From an uncultured Candidatus Binatia bacterium (GTDB lineage: Bacteria > Desulfobacterota > Binatia > UBA9968 > JAJDTQ01): a stretch of 64,000 nucleotides of DNA. The stretch is taken from contig OY282432.1 in the NCBI GenBank assembly GCA_958295985.1, positions 3,928,517 through 3,992,516 on the forward strand, given 5' to 3'. Shown piece after piece: positions 46,159 to 56,991 of this stretch. The position numbers were made by a program, and so were the translations under genes. Each line of letters begins with the position of its first letter. The stretch's first letter is position 1. Below the pieces are notes generated by a model that was not told the DNA's origin, did not search any database, and was given only the letters and a program-made list of their open reading frames with translations.

Positions 46159-47067
46159 ATGGGCAACCTAGGCATCTGCTTCGTCAACCCCGCCCCGCAG
46201 ATCGAGCCGGGCTACGTCACCGCCATGGCGCGGAAATGCGACCAGGCGGGCCTGCATTCATTCTGGACCATCGATCGCATCGCCTATGACAATCTCGAGG
46301 CCCTGACCGTGCTGGCGGCCGTGGCGGGCGCCACCGAACGCATCCGGCTGGGGACGTCGGTGCTGCTGTCGGCGCTGCGGCATCCGGCGCTGCTGGCCAA
46401 GACCGTGGCCACCCTGGATTTCCTGTCCAACGGCAGGATGACCCTGGGCGTCGGCTTCGGCAGCCGGGAGAACGATTTCAGCTCCGTGGAGGTTCCCTGG
46501 GAGCACCGGGGGAGCCGGGCCGAGGAGTCTCTCGGTCTCATGAAGCGGCTTTGGACCGAGGAGGAGGTGGAGCACCACGGCCGGTTCTTCGACCTCCACA
46601 GCACCCGCTTCGGCCCCGAGACCGTCCAGTCGCCTCATCCCCCCATCTGGATGGGAGGGACCGCGGACACCGTTCTCAAGCGGGTCGGGCGGCTGGCCGA
46701 CGGCTACATCTGCGGCAGCAACGCCGTACACGACTTCAGCGCGGTCTGGGACAAGATCAGCGGCCACGCCCGGGCCGCAGGACGGGACCCCGACAGCATC
46801 GAGAAGGCCGGGCTCACCTTCATCGCCATCGACGACGACAAGAGCAAGGCGGTGGAGGCGTGCAGCAACTATCTGATTCGCTACTACGGCAAGGTGCGGA
46901 TGGACGTGGAGAAGTACATGCTGGTGGGGAGCGCCAACGCGTGCGCCGACGGCATCAACCGGATCTTCGCCGGCGGACTTCAGACCCTGATCATCGGTCT
47001 GGCCATCGCCGACCTCGGACAACTGGACACGTTCGTCGAGAAGGTGCTGCCGCAGGTGCAGGGATAG
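46159..47067 (+). CDS. Luciferase-like monooxygenase (LLM) family oxidoreductase, possibly F420-dependent
   Basis: Lies inside ORF 46126..47067 with ATG at 46159. It reads ...FWTIDRIAYDNLEALTVLAAVAGATERIRLGTSVL...GRMTLGVGFG...PPIWMGG.... Confidence 0.85.
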   Translation: MGNLGICFVNPAPQIEPGYVTAMARKCDQAGLHSFWTIDRIAYDNLEALTVLAAVAGATERIRLGTSVLLSALRHPALLAKTVATLDFLSNGRMTLGVGFGSRENDFSSVEVPWEHRGSRAEESLGLMKRLWTEEEVEHHGRFFDLHSTRFGPETVQSPHPPIWMGGTADTVLKRVGRLADGYICGSNAVHDFSAVWDKISGHARAAGRDPDSIEKAGLTFIAIDDDKSKAVEACSNYLIRYYGKVRMDVEKYMLVGSANACADGINRIFAGGLQTLIIGLAIADLGQLDTFVEKVLPQVQG

Positions 47068-47123
47068 ACGAGCGCACGGCCGGCCGCGGAAACCGCATCC
47101 CGCCGGCCCCCGCGGGTCCACTT

Positions 47124-47744
47124 CTATAGCGGCGCCGGCCCCGCGAAATCCTTGATGTAAGGCAGTTTTTCCGCGGTCTTGTCCACCTCGGCCATGTTGT
47201 TGAGCAGCAGCGCGGTGGAGTCCCACGAGCCCGTGGTCAGGGCGTTGCGGTGGCCTTCACTGATGTCGATGTCGATGTCCGTGCCATCGGGCAGGCGGAT
47301 CTTCCGGGCGTCGAGGTCCACGGTGAGCTCCACCTCGGGGTCGGACTCCACCAGCGTCATGAGCTTTCCGATGTCCTCCGGCGAGGCCGTCACCGTGGGC
47401 AGGCCCAGCAGCACGCTGCTGCCGGCGAAGATCGGACCGAAGGATTCCCCGACGACGGCCTTGATGCCCCAGCGGTACAGGGCCTGCGGCGCGTGCTCCC
47501 GCGACGACCCGCAACCGAAGTTGCGGTTCACCAGCAGGACCTCGGCGCCCTGGAAGCGGGCCTCGTTGAACGGGTGCTCCACCGGGTTGCCGTCGGCGTC
47601 GTAGCGCTCGTCGAAAAACGGGTACTCGCCCATGCGATTGAAGGTGATCTCCTTGAGGTAACGGGCCGGAACGATTCGATCGGTATCGATATCGTGCCCC
47701 CGCACCACCACCGCCCTGCCGCTTACCTGTTTGATCTCGTTCAT
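47124..47744 (-). CDS. leuD: 3-isopropylmalate dehydratase small subunit
   Basis: Lies inside ORF 47124..47891, starting [31 protein letters not shown]...[12 protein letters not shown].... There is an ATGA overlap with the leuC stop. Confidence 0.9.
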   Translation of the reverse strand: MNEIKQVSGRAVVVRGHDIDTDRIVPARYLKEITFNRMGEYPFFDERYDADGNPVEHPFNEARFQGAEVLLVNRNFGCGSSREHAPQALYRWGIKAVVGESFGPIFAGSSVLLGLPTVTASPEDIGKLMTLVESDPEVELTVDLDARKIRLPDGTDIDIDISEGHRNALTTGSWDSTALLLNNMAEVDKTAEKLPYIKDFAGPAPL

Positions 47745-49153
47745 GCCGGCCTCGATCCGTTGTATTCGCGCACGTCCACGACCTTGCCGTTCAAGGCGGC
47801 CGCGGCCACCATGGCGGGGCTCATCAACAGAGTCCGCCCGCCCGGGCTCCCCTGGCGGCCGATGAAGTTGCGGTTCGACGAGGACGCGCACACCTCACGG
47901 CCCTTGAGCTTGTCGGGGTTCATGGCCAGACACATGGAGCAGCCGGCCTCCCTCCATTGGAAGCCCGCTTCGGTGAAGACACGGTCGAGCCCCGCCGCCT
48001 CCGCCTGTTTCTTGACCTCGACGGAACCGGGCACCACCAGCGCTCTCACGCCCTCGGATACCTTTCTACCCTCGGCAACGCGCGCCGCGGCCACGAGGTC
48101 CGAGAACCGCGAGTTGGTGCAGGAACCGATGAACGCCACGTCGATGGAGGTCCCGAGAATCGGCGTCCCCGGCGTCCAGCCCATGTGCTCGTAGGCCTTC
48201 TCGACCGTCTTGGGATCTTGCAGCTCTTCGGGGCGCGGGAGGTTCTCCAGCACTCCCAACGCCTGTCCGGGATTGATGCCCCAGGTGACCGTGGGCTCGA
48301 TGGCCGAGCCGTCGAGGTCCACGACGTCGTCATAGCCCGCGTCCGGATCCGACGCCATGGAGCGCCAGTACGCCACCGCGCGATCGAAGGCTTCGCCCTT
48401 GGGTGCGAACTGCCGTCCCAGCAAGTAGTCGAAAGTGGTCTGATCGGGGTTGACGTAACCCACCAGCGCGCCGCCCTCGATGCTCATGTTGCAGACGGTC
48501 ATGCGTTCTTCCATGTTCATCCGGTCCAGCACCGGGCCGCCGTATTCGTACGCGTACCCCTTGCCGCCGCCGACTCCGAGCCGCCGGATGATGGTGAGGA
48601 TCACGTCCTTGGCGTGTACCCCCAGAGGGAGGCTGCCGTTGACGTTGATGCGCCGCACCTCGAGCCGGTCCATGGACAGGGTCTGGGTCGCCAGCACGTC
48701 CCGGACCTGGGTGGTGCCGATGCCGAAGGCCAGGGTCCCGAAGGCGCCGTGGGTGCTGGTGTGGCTGTCGCCGCAGGCCAGCGTCATCCCCGGCTGGGTG
48801 AGCCCCAACTGCGGACCGATGACGTGCACGATGCCTTGCCGGGTACTCTCCAGACCGTAGAACTCGATGCCGAAATCGCGGACGTTCCTTTCCAGCGCCG
48901 TCATCATCGCCTCGGCCTGTTCGTCGGCAAAGGGCCGGGCATGGGTATCCGTGGGGACAATGTGATCGGCAGTGGCGAAGGTCCGCTGGGGATAGGCGAT
49001 GGAAAGCCCCCGTTCCCGCATCATGTCGAACGCCTGCGGGGTGGTGACCTCGTGCACCAGATGCAATCCGATGAAGAGTTGGGTCTGCCCGGTGGGGAGC
49101 GTGGTCACCGCATGGGCGTCCCAGACCTTGTCATAAAGTGTGCGTTCGGACAT
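47741..49153 (-). CDS. leuC: 3-isopropylmalate dehydratase large subunit
   Basis: ORF 470 aa: an aconitase-family protein with Cys ligands (...[14 protein letters not shown]..., ...IGSCTNSR..., ...CSMCLAMN...). Confidence 0.95.
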   Translation of the reverse strand: MSERTLYDKVWDAHAVTTLPTGQTQLFIGLHLVHEVTTPQAFDMMRERGLSIAYPQRTFATADHIVPTDTHARPFADEQAEAMMTALERNVRDFGIEFYGLESTRQGIVHVIGPQLGLTQPGMTLACGDSHTSTHGAFGTLAFGIGTTQVRDVLATQTLSMDRLEVRRINVNGSLPLGVHAKDVILTIIRRLGVGGGKGYAYEYGGPVLDRMNMEERMTVCNMSIEGGALVGYVNPDQTTFDYLLGRQFAPKGEAFDRAVAYWRSMASDPDAGYDDVVDLDGSAIEPTVTWGINPGQALGVLENLPRPEELQDPKTVEKAYEHMGWTPGTPILGTSIDVAFIGSCTNSRFSDLVAAARVAEGRKVSEGVRALVVPGSVEVKKQAEAAGLDRVFTEAGFQWREAGCSMCLAMNPDKLKGREVCASSSNRNFIGRQGSPGGRTLLMSPAMVAAAALNGKVVDVREYNGSRPA

Positions 49154-49156
49154 GGA

Positions 49157-49981
49157 TCAACGTTCTCCTTGCGGGGAATCATAGCCAGCGGCCTGGGTGA
49201 ATTCAAGCGAAGGCGAGCCCGGAACGCCGCGGTCCGGCGGCGGGAAGGAGTCGTAGCATACTTCCACGAGAAACAGGCCCCGTGCGGGCGCGGTGGGGCC
49301 GGCCAGCGTACGGGCGCGGCTGTCGATCAATGCCGGAAGATCGCCGGGGTCCCGCTCGCCCAGCCCCGTCTGCACCAGCGTGCCGACGATGTTCCGCACC
49401 ATGTGCCGGAGGTAGCCGGTGGCTTCGATGCGATAGACCCAGTGATCCTCCCACCGGAACAGCTCGTTGCGGTAGACCCGCCGGACCGCGGTGGCGGCGC
49501 CGCACCCGGCGGCCCGGAAGCACGAGAAGTCGTGCTCCCCTTCCAACGCCGCCAACGCCTCGCGCATGGCGTCGACGCGCAACGGCCTGGGTACATGCCA
49601 TGAATACCGCTTGTTGAACACCGACCGCCAGGGGTGGTTCCACAGCCGGTACTCGTAGACGCGCCTCCTCGCGTCCCTGCGGGCATCGAACGAGGGGGAC
49701 GCGGCCTCCACCGCCCTGATGGTGATGTCGTCCGGGGTGAGGGCGTCGAGACCCCGCCGGATTCGCGTCAGGTCCCGGTCGTCGGGACACGCAAAATTCG
49801 CCACCTGACCCAGCGCGTGAACGCCGGCGTCGGTTCGTCCGGACCCCTGTATCCGCACCCGGTGCTTCAACAGCACGGCCAAGGCGTCCTCCAGGATTCC
49901 CTGGACCGTGGACCCGCCCGGCTGCACCTGCCATCCGCGGTAGTCGGTGCCGTCGTACTCGACGGTCATTCTGACGTTCAT
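49157..49981 (-). CDS. truA: tRNA pseudouridine(38-40) synthase
   Basis: ORF 274 aa reading MNVRMTVEYDGTDYRGWQVQP...GSGRTDAGVHALGQV.... Confidence 0.9.
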   Translation of the reverse strand: MNVRMTVEYDGTDYRGWQVQPGGSTVQGILEDALAVLLKHRVRIQGSGRTDAGVHALGQVANFACPDDRDLTRIRRGLDALTPDDITIRAVEAASPSFDARRDARRRVYEYRLWNHPWRSVFNKRYSWHVPRPLRVDAMREALAALEGEHDFSCFRAAGCGAATAVRRVYRNELFRWEDHWVYRIEATGYLRHMVRNIVGTLVQTGLGERDPGDLPALIDSRARTLAGPTAPARGLFLVEVCYDSFPPPDRGVPGSPSLEFTQAAGYDSPQGER

Positions 49982-50018
49982 AAGACCCCGCGGACCGGCG
50001 TCTCCACCGGTCGGTGGA

Positions 50019-51044
50019 TCAGTGGGAGTCCCGGATCAGGATCTCGGCGATCTGCACCGCGTTCAGGGCCGCGCCCTTGCGCAGGTTGTCGGCGACAACC
50101 CAGAGATTGATGCCGTTCTCCACGGAATCGTCCTCGCGAATGCGCCCGACACAGGTGGCGTCCTTGCCCGTTGCGTCGGTGGCGAGCGGATAGTCGTTGG
50201 CCTGGGGGTCGTCCTGCACCAGGACCCCGGGAGCCTCCCGGAGGAGGGCGCGGACATCGCCCGCCGACAACTTGGTCCGGGTCTCGACGTTGATGGATTC
50301 GGAGTGGCTGCAGAAGACGGGCACGCGTACGGTGGTGGCGGTGATGCGGATCTCGGGATCGTCCAGGATCTTTCGCGTCTCCCGGACCATCTTCATCTCT
50401 TCTCCGGTATAGCCGTTGGGCAGGAACGAATCGATGTGCGGGATGCAGTTGAACGCGATCTGGTGCGGGAACTGCTCGCGCTCCACCTCGTGGCCGTTGA
50501 ACAGCGCCGCGGTCTGCTTGCCGAGTTCCTCCATGGCCCGGCGTCCGGCGCCGGAAACCGATTGGTAGGTAGACACCACGATGCGGGTGATGCCCGCGGC
50601 GTCGTACAAGGGCTTCAGCGCCACCACCATCTGGATGGTGGAACAGTTGGGGTTGGCGATGATTCCCCGGTGGGCGTGGTCGGCGATCTTGTCGGCGTTG
50701 ACCTCCGGAACCACCAGCGGGACGTCGTCGTCCATGCGGAAACAACTGGTGTTGTCGATGACCACGGCGCCGGCGTCCACCGCGGCCGGGGCGTACCGGG
50801 CGCTTACCGACGAACCCGCGGAAAAGAGCGCGATATCGATATCGTCGAAAGAGTCCTCGTCCAGCACCTCAACCGGGATCTGCCGGCCGCAGAAATCGAG
50901 CCGCTGCCCCGCGGACCGTTCCGAGGCCAGCAACCGAAGCGTGCCCACGGGGAACAGCCGCTCCGCGAGGATCTTCCGCACCTCCTCGCCCACCGCACCG
51001 GTGGCGCCCACCACGGCAACGTTGTATTTCTCTTTACGACCCAT
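50019..51044 (-). CDS. asd: Aspartate-semialdehyde dehydrogenase
   Basis: Lies inside ORF 50019..51218 with ATG at 51044. It reads MGRKEKYNVAVVGATGAVGEE...IANPNCSTIQM...QSVSGAG.... Confidence 0.9.
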   Translation of the reverse strand: MGRKEKYNVAVVGATGAVGEEVRKILAERLFPVGTLRLLASERSAGQRLDFCGRQIPVEVLDEDSFDDIDIALFSAGSSVSARYAPAAVDAGAVVIDNTSCFRMDDDVPLVVPEVNADKIADHAHRGIIANPNCSTIQMVVALKPLYDAAGITRIVVSTYQSVSGAGRRAMEELGKQTAALFNGHEVEREQFPHQIAFNCIPHIDSFLPNGYTGEEMKMVRETRKILDDPEIRITATTVRVPVFCSHSESINVETRTKLSAGDVRALLREAPGVLVQDDPQANDYPLATDATGKDATCVGRIREDDSVENGINLWVVADNLRKGAALNAVQIAEILIRDSH

Positions 51045-51054
51045 GGTCGTCACG

Positions 51055-52149
51055 TCACGCCCCGCGGCTCGCGGCAATCTCCCGCCGCACCAGGGCGCCC
51101 ATTTCCTTGCAACCCACCATCGGCGCCTTCCCCTCGGTGATGTCCGGGGTGCGGTGACCGGCCTCGAGCACCCGCTCCACCGCCTGCTCGATGCAGTCGG
51201 CGGCGGCCCCCTGATCAAAGGAGTGGCGCAGCATGAGCGCCACCGTCAGAATGGCGGCCAGCGGGTTGGCCTTGTCCTGCCCGGCAATGTCCGGAGCGCT
51301 GCCGTGCACCGGCTCGTACATGCCCACCTTGCCGCCGAGGCTGGCCGACGGCAGCATGCCGATGGAACCCGTGAGCATGGCGGCCTCGTCGCTCAGGATG
51401 TCTCCGAACATGTTGGTGGTGACGATGACGTCGAACTGTTTGGGATCCCGAATGAGCTGCATCGCACAGTTGTCCACCAGCACGTGGTCGAGCTCGACAT
51501 CGCCGTAGCCTTCCTCGTCGTGGATCCGGGTCACCACCTTGCGCCACAACTCGGTGGACTCCAGCACGTTGGCCTTGTCCACCGAGGTCACCCGGCCGCG
51601 CCTCCTGCGGGCGGCGTCGAAAGCCACCCGGGCGATCCGTTCGATCTCGGGCGTCGTGTAGACGAGGGTGTTGACGCCCCGCTCGGTCCCGTCGGGCTCC
51701 ACGGTGACGCCCTTGGGCTGCCCGAAATAGATGCCGCCGGTCAACTCCCGCACGACGATCAGGTCGGTTCCCTCCACCACCTCGGGCTTGAGGGTCGAAG
51801 CCTGCGCCAGCGGCGCAAACAGCTTCACCGGACGCAGGTTCGCGAACAGCCCCAGTTCCCGGCGCAACGCCAGCAACGCCCGTTCGGGGCGGATGGAGTA
51901 GTCCAGCCCGTCCCACTTGGGTCCGCCCATGGCCCCCAACACCACCGCGTCACTGGACCTGGCCAGGGCGAGGACTTGGTCGGTCAGGGGCGTTCCGTGA
52001 GCGTCGATGGACGCTCCACCCACCGGTCCCTCCTCCACGTCGACGGTGAAACCGAAGATCTCGCCCGCCTGTTGCAGCACCGTCATGGCCTCTGCCACCA
52101 CTTCCGGACCGATGCCGTCGCCCGGAAGCACCATTAACTTGTGACTCAT
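51055..52149 (-). CDS. leuB: 3-isopropylmalate dehydrogenase
   Basis: Lies inside ORF 51055..52296, reading [18 protein letters not shown]...NLRP...[26 protein letters not shown]. There is an ATGA overlap with the leuA stop. Confidence 0.9.
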   Translation of the reverse strand: MSHKLMVLPGDGIGPEVVAEAMTVLQQAGEIFGFTVDVEEGPVGGASIDAHGTPLTDQVLALARSSDAVVLGAMGGPKWDGLDYSIRPERALLALRRELGLFANLRPVKLFAPLAQASTLKPEVVEGTDLIVVRELTGGIYFGQPKGVTVEPDGTERGVNTLVYTTPEIERIARVAFDAARRRRGRVTSVDKANVLESTELWRKVVTRIHDEEGYGDVELDHVLVDNCAMQLIRDPKQFDVIVTTNMFGDILSDEAAMLTGSIGMLPSASLGGKVGMYEPVHGSAPDIAGQDKANPLAAILTVALMLRHSFDQGAAADCIEQAVERVLEAGHRTPDITEGKAPMVGCKEMGALVRREIAASRGA

Positions 52150-53702
52150 GGACCCCCCTCCACTGCAGCCCGACGGTGGCGCTTGCGATACTCCAAACGG
52201 TTCAACGCGTTCACGTACGCCAGCGCACTCGCCATGATGATGTCCGTGTGGGAACCTTTCCCGGAGATGTTGACGTCCTTTTCCTCGAGCATGCACGACA
52301 CCTCGCCCTGGGCGTCGGTGCCGCCGGTGACGCTCGAAACCGAGTAGCGCCGCAGCTTCGCGCTGCTGCCGGAAATCTTGGCGATGGCTTTATAACACGC
52401 ATCCACCACCCCGTCACCCGTGTCGTGCGCCATCTTCTCCTCGCCGTCCACCCGCATCCGTACGGTGGCCGACGGCACCGCGGACGAGCTCGACGCAATG
52501 TTCATGTACACCAGCTCGTAGCGGTCCGGCTGGCTCGGTATCCTCAGCACCTCCTCCGCCACCAGGGTCTCGATGTCCTCGTCGAACACCTCTTTCTTCT
52601 TGTCGGCGAGCTGCTTGAACCGCTCGAAGGCACGGTTGATTTCATCCTTGCCGAGCGAAAACCCGAGTTGCTGCAACCTCTCGGCAAAGGCGTGCCGGCC
52701 GGAGTGTTTGCCCATCACCAGCCGGTTGCCCGTGATGCCCACGGTCTCGGGCTTCATGATCTCGTAGGTGAGCTTCTGCTTCAGCACGCCGTCCTGGTGG
52801 ATCCCGGCCTCGTGGGCAAAGGCGTTGTCTCCCACGATCGGTTTGTTGAGGGGTACCGCGATGCCGGTAACCTGGGACAGCAGACGCGACGTCGGATAGA
52901 TCTGCTCGGTGTGGATGCGCGTGTCGAGATTGAAGACCGGCTGCCGCGTCTTGAGGGCCATGACCACCTCTTCCAGCGAGGTATTGCCGGCCCGCTCGCC
53001 GATCCCGTTCACCGTACACTCCACCTGGCGCACCCCGTTGGACACCGCCGCCAGGGAGTTGGCCACGGCCAGGCCCAGGTCGTTGTGACAGTGGGCGCTC
53101 CAGGTGACCTTCTCCGAGCCCTCGGTATTCTCGATCAGGTACCGCACCAGCTCGCCGAACTCCGACGGGATGGCGTAGCCTGTGGTATCCGGGATGTTGA
53201 GGGTCTTCGCGCCGGCCCTGATGGCTTCGGCGAAGACTTCCACCAGAAACTCCGGGTCGCTGCGGGAAGCGTCCTCCGCCGAGAACTCGACATAGTCCAG
53301 ATACCTCCGGGCCTGCACCACCGCCGTGCCCACCGACTCCAGCACCTCCTCCCGGGACATTCGGAGCTTGTGCTTCATGTGGATGTCGGAGGTGGCGATG
53401 AAGGTGTGGAGCCCGGGCTTCCGCGCCCCTTCTACCGACTTGACGGCCTTCCGGATATCGCCCTGCTGCGCTCTCGCCAGACTCAGCACGATGGGACGCT
53501 TGACGGCCTTGCACACTTGCACCACGGACTCGAAGTCCCCCGGCGACGACGCGGCGAAGCCGGCCTCGATCACGTCCACTCCCAGCTTTTCGAGTTGACG
53601 GGCAATCAGGACCTTCTCGTCGATGTTCATGCTTGCTCCGGGCGACTGCTCGCCGTCCCTGAGGGTGGTATCGAAAATGTTCACAACGTTTTTGGCGACC
53701 AT
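52146..53702 (-). CDS. leuA: 2-isopropylmalate synthase
   Basis: ORF 52146..53717 with ATG at 53702 after GAGGAGGAAGACC. It reads ...[17 protein letters not shown]...[16 protein letters not shown]... and has a C-terminal LeuA dimerisation/regulatory domain. A citramalate synthase cannot be excluded by eye. Confidence 0.85.
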   Translation of the reverse strand: MVAKNVVNIFDTTLRDGEQSPGASMNIDEKVLIARQLEKLGVDVIEAGFAASSPGDFESVVQVCKAVKRPIVLSLARAQQGDIRKAVKSVEGARKPGLHTFIATSDIHMKHKLRMSREEVLESVGTAVVQARRYLDYVEFSAEDASRSDPEFLVEVFAEAIRAGAKTLNIPDTTGYAIPSEFGELVRYLIENTEGSEKVTWSAHCHNDLGLAVANSLAAVSNGVRQVECTVNGIGERAGNTSLEEVVMALKTRQPVFNLDTRIHTEQIYPTSRLLSQVTGIAVPLNKPIVGDNAFAHEAGIHQDGVLKQKLTYEIMKPETVGITGNRLVMGKHSGRHAFAERLQQLGFSLGKDEINRAFERFKQLADKKKEVFDEDIETLVAEEVLRIPSQPDRYELVYMNIASSSSAVPSATVRMRVDGEEKMAHDTGDGVVDACYKAIAKISGSSAKLRRYSVSSVTGGTDAQGEVSCMLEEKDVNISGKGSHTDIIMASALAYVNALNRLEYRKRHRRAAVEGGP

Positions 53703-53715
53703 GGTCTTCCTCCTC

Positions 53716-53748
53716 AAAAAAAAACTCCCGCGGCGGTCCGGCGGGAGT
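53716..53748 (-). terminator. Rho-independent terminator downstream of pssA, abutting the leuA ribosome-binding site
   Basis: The minus strand reads ACTCCCGC-cggaccgcc-GCGGGAGT followed by nine T (plus-strand A-run 53716-53724). The stem is 8 bp and G+C-rich, with a 9-nt loop. Confidence 0.6.
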
Positions 53749-53778
53749 TTGGATCATGCAAGCTGAGGTTCGCTTTGG

Positions 53779-54618
53779 TCAGGCTTGTACGAGTGCCTGC
53801 TCTTCCCTCCGTCGCTTTCGCACGGCGAGCAGCCGTAACAGGGGACCCGATAGGGTGTACAATAATAACGCCGAGAACAGCACGATTTGCCACATAGCGA
53901 TGGCCAGTATAATGACTGCGAGCGCGGAAAGCAACAATCCGATGGTGCTGCGTTTCTTGAAATGGTGCTGTTTCAGGCTGAAATAGCGGAAATTGCTCAC
54001 CATCAGCCCCGCCAGCACACACGCGACGACGATGAAGACCAGGGGCTTGCTGCCGGCGTTCTCGAGCCCCAGCATGAAGTGCATGAAGATAGTGGCCGCG
54101 ATCATGGCGGCGGCGGCCGGGATCGGCAACCCGGTAAAGTAGGTCTTTTCCGTAGCCAGGGTCTGGACGTTGAACCGCGCCAGACGCAAGGCCCCGCAAA
54201 CGGCGAACAGCGCCGCCCCGAACCCGCCCCAGGTGCCCCAGGGTTGGAGCGCGAAGACGTAGACCAGAACGGCCGGGGCCACCCCGAACGAGACCACGTC
54301 GGCCAGGGAATCGAACTCGACGCCGAACTGGCTGGTCGTGTGGGTCAGCCGCGCCACCGCGCCGTCGACCCCGTCCAGCAGGTTTGCGGCCAAGATCAAC
54401 AGGGCGGCCTTGTGGTACTCACCGTTGATGGCGAACAGGATGGCGAATACGCCACAGAAGAGATTCCCCGCCGTGAACAGGCTGGGCAGAAGATAGATGC
54501 CCTGGCGCAGCCGGTTCGCCGGACCCCTGCGCTTGAGGCGGCGGCGCCTGCCCTTCCCCCGCGGAATGAGCCGGACCTTTCTGAACGGCGACTCGGACTT
54601 TTCGTTACTGTCCATCAC
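53779..54618 (-). CDS. pssA: CDP-diacylglycerol--serine O-phosphatidyltransferase
   Basis: ORF 279 aa with the CDP-alcohol phosphatidyltransferase motif DGVDGAVARLTHTTSQFGVEFDSLADVV. The start is GTG 54618 or ATG 54615. Confidence 0.85.
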   Translation of the reverse strand: MMDSNEKSESPFRKVRLIPRGKGRRRRLKRRGPANRLRQGIYLLPSLFTAGNLFCGVFAILFAINGEYHKAALLILAANLLDGVDGAVARLTHTTSQFGVEFDSLADVVSFGVAPAVLVYVFALQPWGTWGGFGAALFAVCGALRLARFNVQTLATEKTYFTGLPIPAAAAMIAATIFMHFMLGLENAGSKPLVFIVVACVLAGLMVSNFRYFSLKQHHFKKRSTIGLLLSALAVIILAIAMWQIVLFSALLLYTLSGPLLRLLAVRKRRREEQALVQA

Positions 54619-54665
54619 ACGAGTGTCCTGCCAAGTCTACGAAACCGCTGATTCCCGGAGTCTGC

Positions 54666-54704
54666 CCGAGTCAGGCAAGCATCTGCTGCCAGGCAGGGGA
54701 ATGG
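54666..54704 (+). repeat. Diverged, inverted third copy of the interspersed repeat (left arm of the psd-pssA intergenic palindrome)
   Basis: The plus strand reads ccgagtcaggcaagcatctgctgccaggcaggggaatgg. Its ends (ccgagt... and ...aggcaggggaatgg) match the reverse complement of copies 1 and 2. The middle is diverged. Confidence 0.6.
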
Positions 54705-54737
54705 GTCCATTTCGGGTCCATTACCGGGTCCATTTCC
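54703..54737. repeat. Three tandem 11-12-bp direct repeats, GGGTCCATT(T/A)C(C)
   Basis: Read directly: gggtccatttc / gggtccattacc / gggtccatttcc. They lie ~85-120 nt upstream of the pssA start on the coding strand, where they read AATGGACCC x3. Confidence 0.75.
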
Positions 54738-54772
54738 CTGCCTCTCGCTACGATTCGCTGACTCGGACGGGC
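54730..54772 (-). repeat. Interspersed ~43-nt repeat, copy 2; overlaps the last 7 codons and TAG of psd
   Basis: See copy 1 (18065-18107). The TAG sits at the same repeat position in both copies, and the encoded tails are PVRVGES* and PVRVSES*. Confidence 0.8.
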
Positions 54773-55476
54773 CCCCGGAGTCTGGCGACGACGGTTTCCC
54801 CGCCCCGGACCCGCTGACCGGGGTGCACTTCGACGGTGGCATCCCGCGGCAGGAACAGGTCTACGCGAGAGCCGAACATGATCATGCCGAAACGTTCGCC
54901 CCGCTTCAACGAATCACCGCGGCCTACGTAACAAACGATCCGGCGGGCGAGAAAGCCCGCGACCTGCACGATACGCAACGTTCTGCCCCCGTCGTCCACG
55001 AGCTCGATGGCGTTGCGTTCGTTCTCCTCGGAGGCTTTGCCCTTGTAGGCCGCCAGGAAGTGACCCGTCTGATACCGGACTTCGGTCACCCGTCCGTTCA
55101 TCGGGGCCCGGTTGATGTGCACGTCCAGGGGAGAAAGAAAGATGCTGAGCCTGCGGCTGTCAGCGTCCGGGGCATCGCCGACGGACGTCACCTTGCCGTC
55201 CGCCGGAGACACGACGATGTCTTCCCCGTCCGGCGAAACGCGCTTTGGATCGCGAAAGAACCCGGCCACCGCCACTGCCGCCGCCGCCAGTACCGCCCCG
55301 GCCACGAACCAGCCCACGGCCAGGGCAGCGGCCGCCAGCCCCAACGCGGCGAAAACGAACCGATAGCCTTCCTTCGCGATCCTTATGGGAATGTCCTCGA
55401 ATGCGCCGTTAGCGGAAACACTAGTCGGAGATACTAGTTCTTGCTCTTGTCCACCAGCCGGTTCTCGGCCAGCCAC
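54748..55476 (-). CDS. psd: Phosphatidylserine decarboxylase proenzyme (short, archaetidylserine-decarboxylase-like form)
   Basis: ORF 242 aa reading ...[24 protein letters not shown]...LDVHINRAP...[15 protein letters not shown] (the GS cleavage-site region). The only in-frame start is GTG 55476, which overlaps the ilvC 3' end by 43 nt. Confidence 0.85.
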   Translation of the reverse strand: MAGREPAGGQEQELVSPTSVSANGAFEDIPIRIAKEGYRFVFAALGLAAAALAVGWFVAGAVLAAAAVAVAGFFRDPKRVSPDGEDIVVSPADGKVTSVGDAPDADSRRLSIFLSPLDVHINRAPMNGRVTEVRYQTGHFLAAYKGKASEENERNAIELVDDGGRTLRIVQVAGFLARRIVCYVGRGDSLKRGERFGMIMFGSRVDLFLPRDATVEVHPGQRVRGGETVVARLRGPVRVSES

Positions 55477-56450
55477 GGCATCATCGACCTGAGCTGCTCA
55501 CCCACCTTCTCGATGGGATGGCTCCGGGAGGCCTGGCGCAGCTCGTTGAACTGCGGCGAGCCGGCGCGGTGCTCGTTCATCCACTCGTCGGCGAACCTTC
55601 CCGATTGAATGTCCGCCAGGATCTCCTTCATGACCTTGCGGGTGTCGTCTCCGACGATCCGTCTCCCCCGGGTGAGATCACCGTACTCCGCGGTGTTGCT
55701 GACGGAGTAGCGCATGTTGGCCAGCCCGCCCTCGTATATCAGATCGACGATCAGTTTGACCTCGTGACAGCACTCGAAATAGGCCATTTCCGGCGGATAG
55801 CCCGCCTCCACCAGGGTTTCGTAGCCCGCCTGGATCAGCGACGTAAGGCCGCCGCAGAGCACCGTTTGTTCGCCGAACAGGTCTGTTTCCGTCTCGTCCT
55901 TGAAGCTGGTCTCAATGACCGCGGCGCGGGCGCCGCCGATGGCGGCGGCATAAGCCAGACCCACGGGCGTGGTATCTCCGGAGGGGTCCTGCTCGACGGC
56001 CAGAAGGCAAGGTACTCCCCGGCCCCGCTCGAACTCGCTCCGCACCAGGTGGCCGGGCCCCTTCGGAGCCACCATGAAGACATTGACGTCCTCGGGAGGA
56101 ACCACCCGCTTGAAGTGGATATTGAAGCCGTGCCCGAAGGCGAGGTAGTTTCCCGGCTTGAGACCGGGCCGGATGACCTCCTTGTAGACGTCTCCCTGAA
56201 GCTCGTCGGGCAGCAGCATCATGACCACGTCCCCCGCTTCGGCCGCCTCCGCCGTCTCCATCACCGTCAGGCCGGCATCCGCGGCCTTGGCCCAGGACGC
56301 GCTGTCGCGCTTCAATCCCACCACCACGTCCACGCCGGAGTCGCGCAGATTGCTGGCGTGTGCGTGTCCCTGGCTGCCGTAACCGAGTACCGTGACCTTG
56401 CGGTCGCGGATAAGGCTCAGATCCGCGTCCTGGTCATAGTAGACCTGCAT
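55434..56450 (-). CDS. ilvC: Ketol-acid reductoisomerase
   Basis: ORF 338 aa reading [42 protein letters not shown].... Confidence 0.95.
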   Translation of the reverse strand: MQVYYDQDADLSLIRDRKVTVLGYGSQGHAHASNLRDSGVDVVVGLKRDSASWAKAADAGLTVMETAEAAEAGDVVMMLLPDELQGDVYKEVIRPGLKPGNYLAFGHGFNIHFKRVVPPEDVNVFMVAPKGPGHLVRSEFERGRGVPCLLAVEQDPSGDTTPVGLAYAAAIGGARAAVIETSFKDETETDLFGEQTVLCGGLTSLIQAGYETLVEAGYPPEMAYFECCHEVKLIVDLIYEGGLANMRYSVSNTAEYGDLTRGRRIVGDDTRKVMKEILADIQSGRFADEWMNEHRAGSPQFNELRQASRSHPIEKVGEQLRSMMPWLAENRLVDKSKN

Positions 56451-56500
56451 GTCAAACCTCCCTGTCCGGTAACCTGGAACCGAAGCCCGGCAGAGCCCGG

Positions 56501-56980
56501 CTACAGCGATTCGCGCGCGACCGCGATGCGGCCTGTGCGAACGATCTCCTTGATGCCCATGGGCTTCAACAAGTTGATCACCGCCTGGATCTTGCCGGCG
56601 TCTCCCGACACCTCGAGGGTATACGTCTGCGGGGTCGAGTCGACGATGTTGGCGCGGAAGATATGCGCGATCCTCATGGCCTCATCCCGGTGGGCCTGCT
56701 TGGCCAGGATCTTTATCAGCGCCGTTTCCCGATCGATGTGGTCCTCTTCGGTGAGGTCCACGACCTTGAGAACTTCGATGACCTTGTTGAGCTGCTTCAT
56801 GATCTGCTCGATGATGTCCTCGTCACCCGAGGTCACCACCGTGATCATGGATATGCTGGAATCCGGGGTCGGAGCCACGGACAGACTCTCGATGTTGTAA
56901 CCCCGTGCACTGAACAAGCCGGCCACCCGCGCGAGCACACCGGATTTGTTCTCGACCAGAACCGAGATGATGTGTTCCAT
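56501..56980 (-). CDS. ilvN: Acetolactate synthase small (regulatory) subunit
   Basis: Lies inside ORF 56501..57319 with ATG at 56980. [35 protein letters not shown]... is an ACT domain. Confidence 0.9.
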   Translation of the reverse strand: MEHIISVLVENKSGVLARVAGLFSARGYNIESLSVAPTPDSSISMITVVTSGDEDIIEQIMKQLNKVIEVLKVVDLTEEDHIDRETALIKILAKQAHRDEAMRIAHIFRANIVDSTPQTYTLEVSGDAGKIQAVINLLKPMGIKEIVRTGRIAVARESL

Positions 56981-56991
56981 CCGCCAAACCC

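Noticed and set aside
54703-54737. Tandem repeats considered as a mini CRISPR array
   Set aside because: The units are only 11-12 bp, are directly abutting without spacers, and no cas genes are present.
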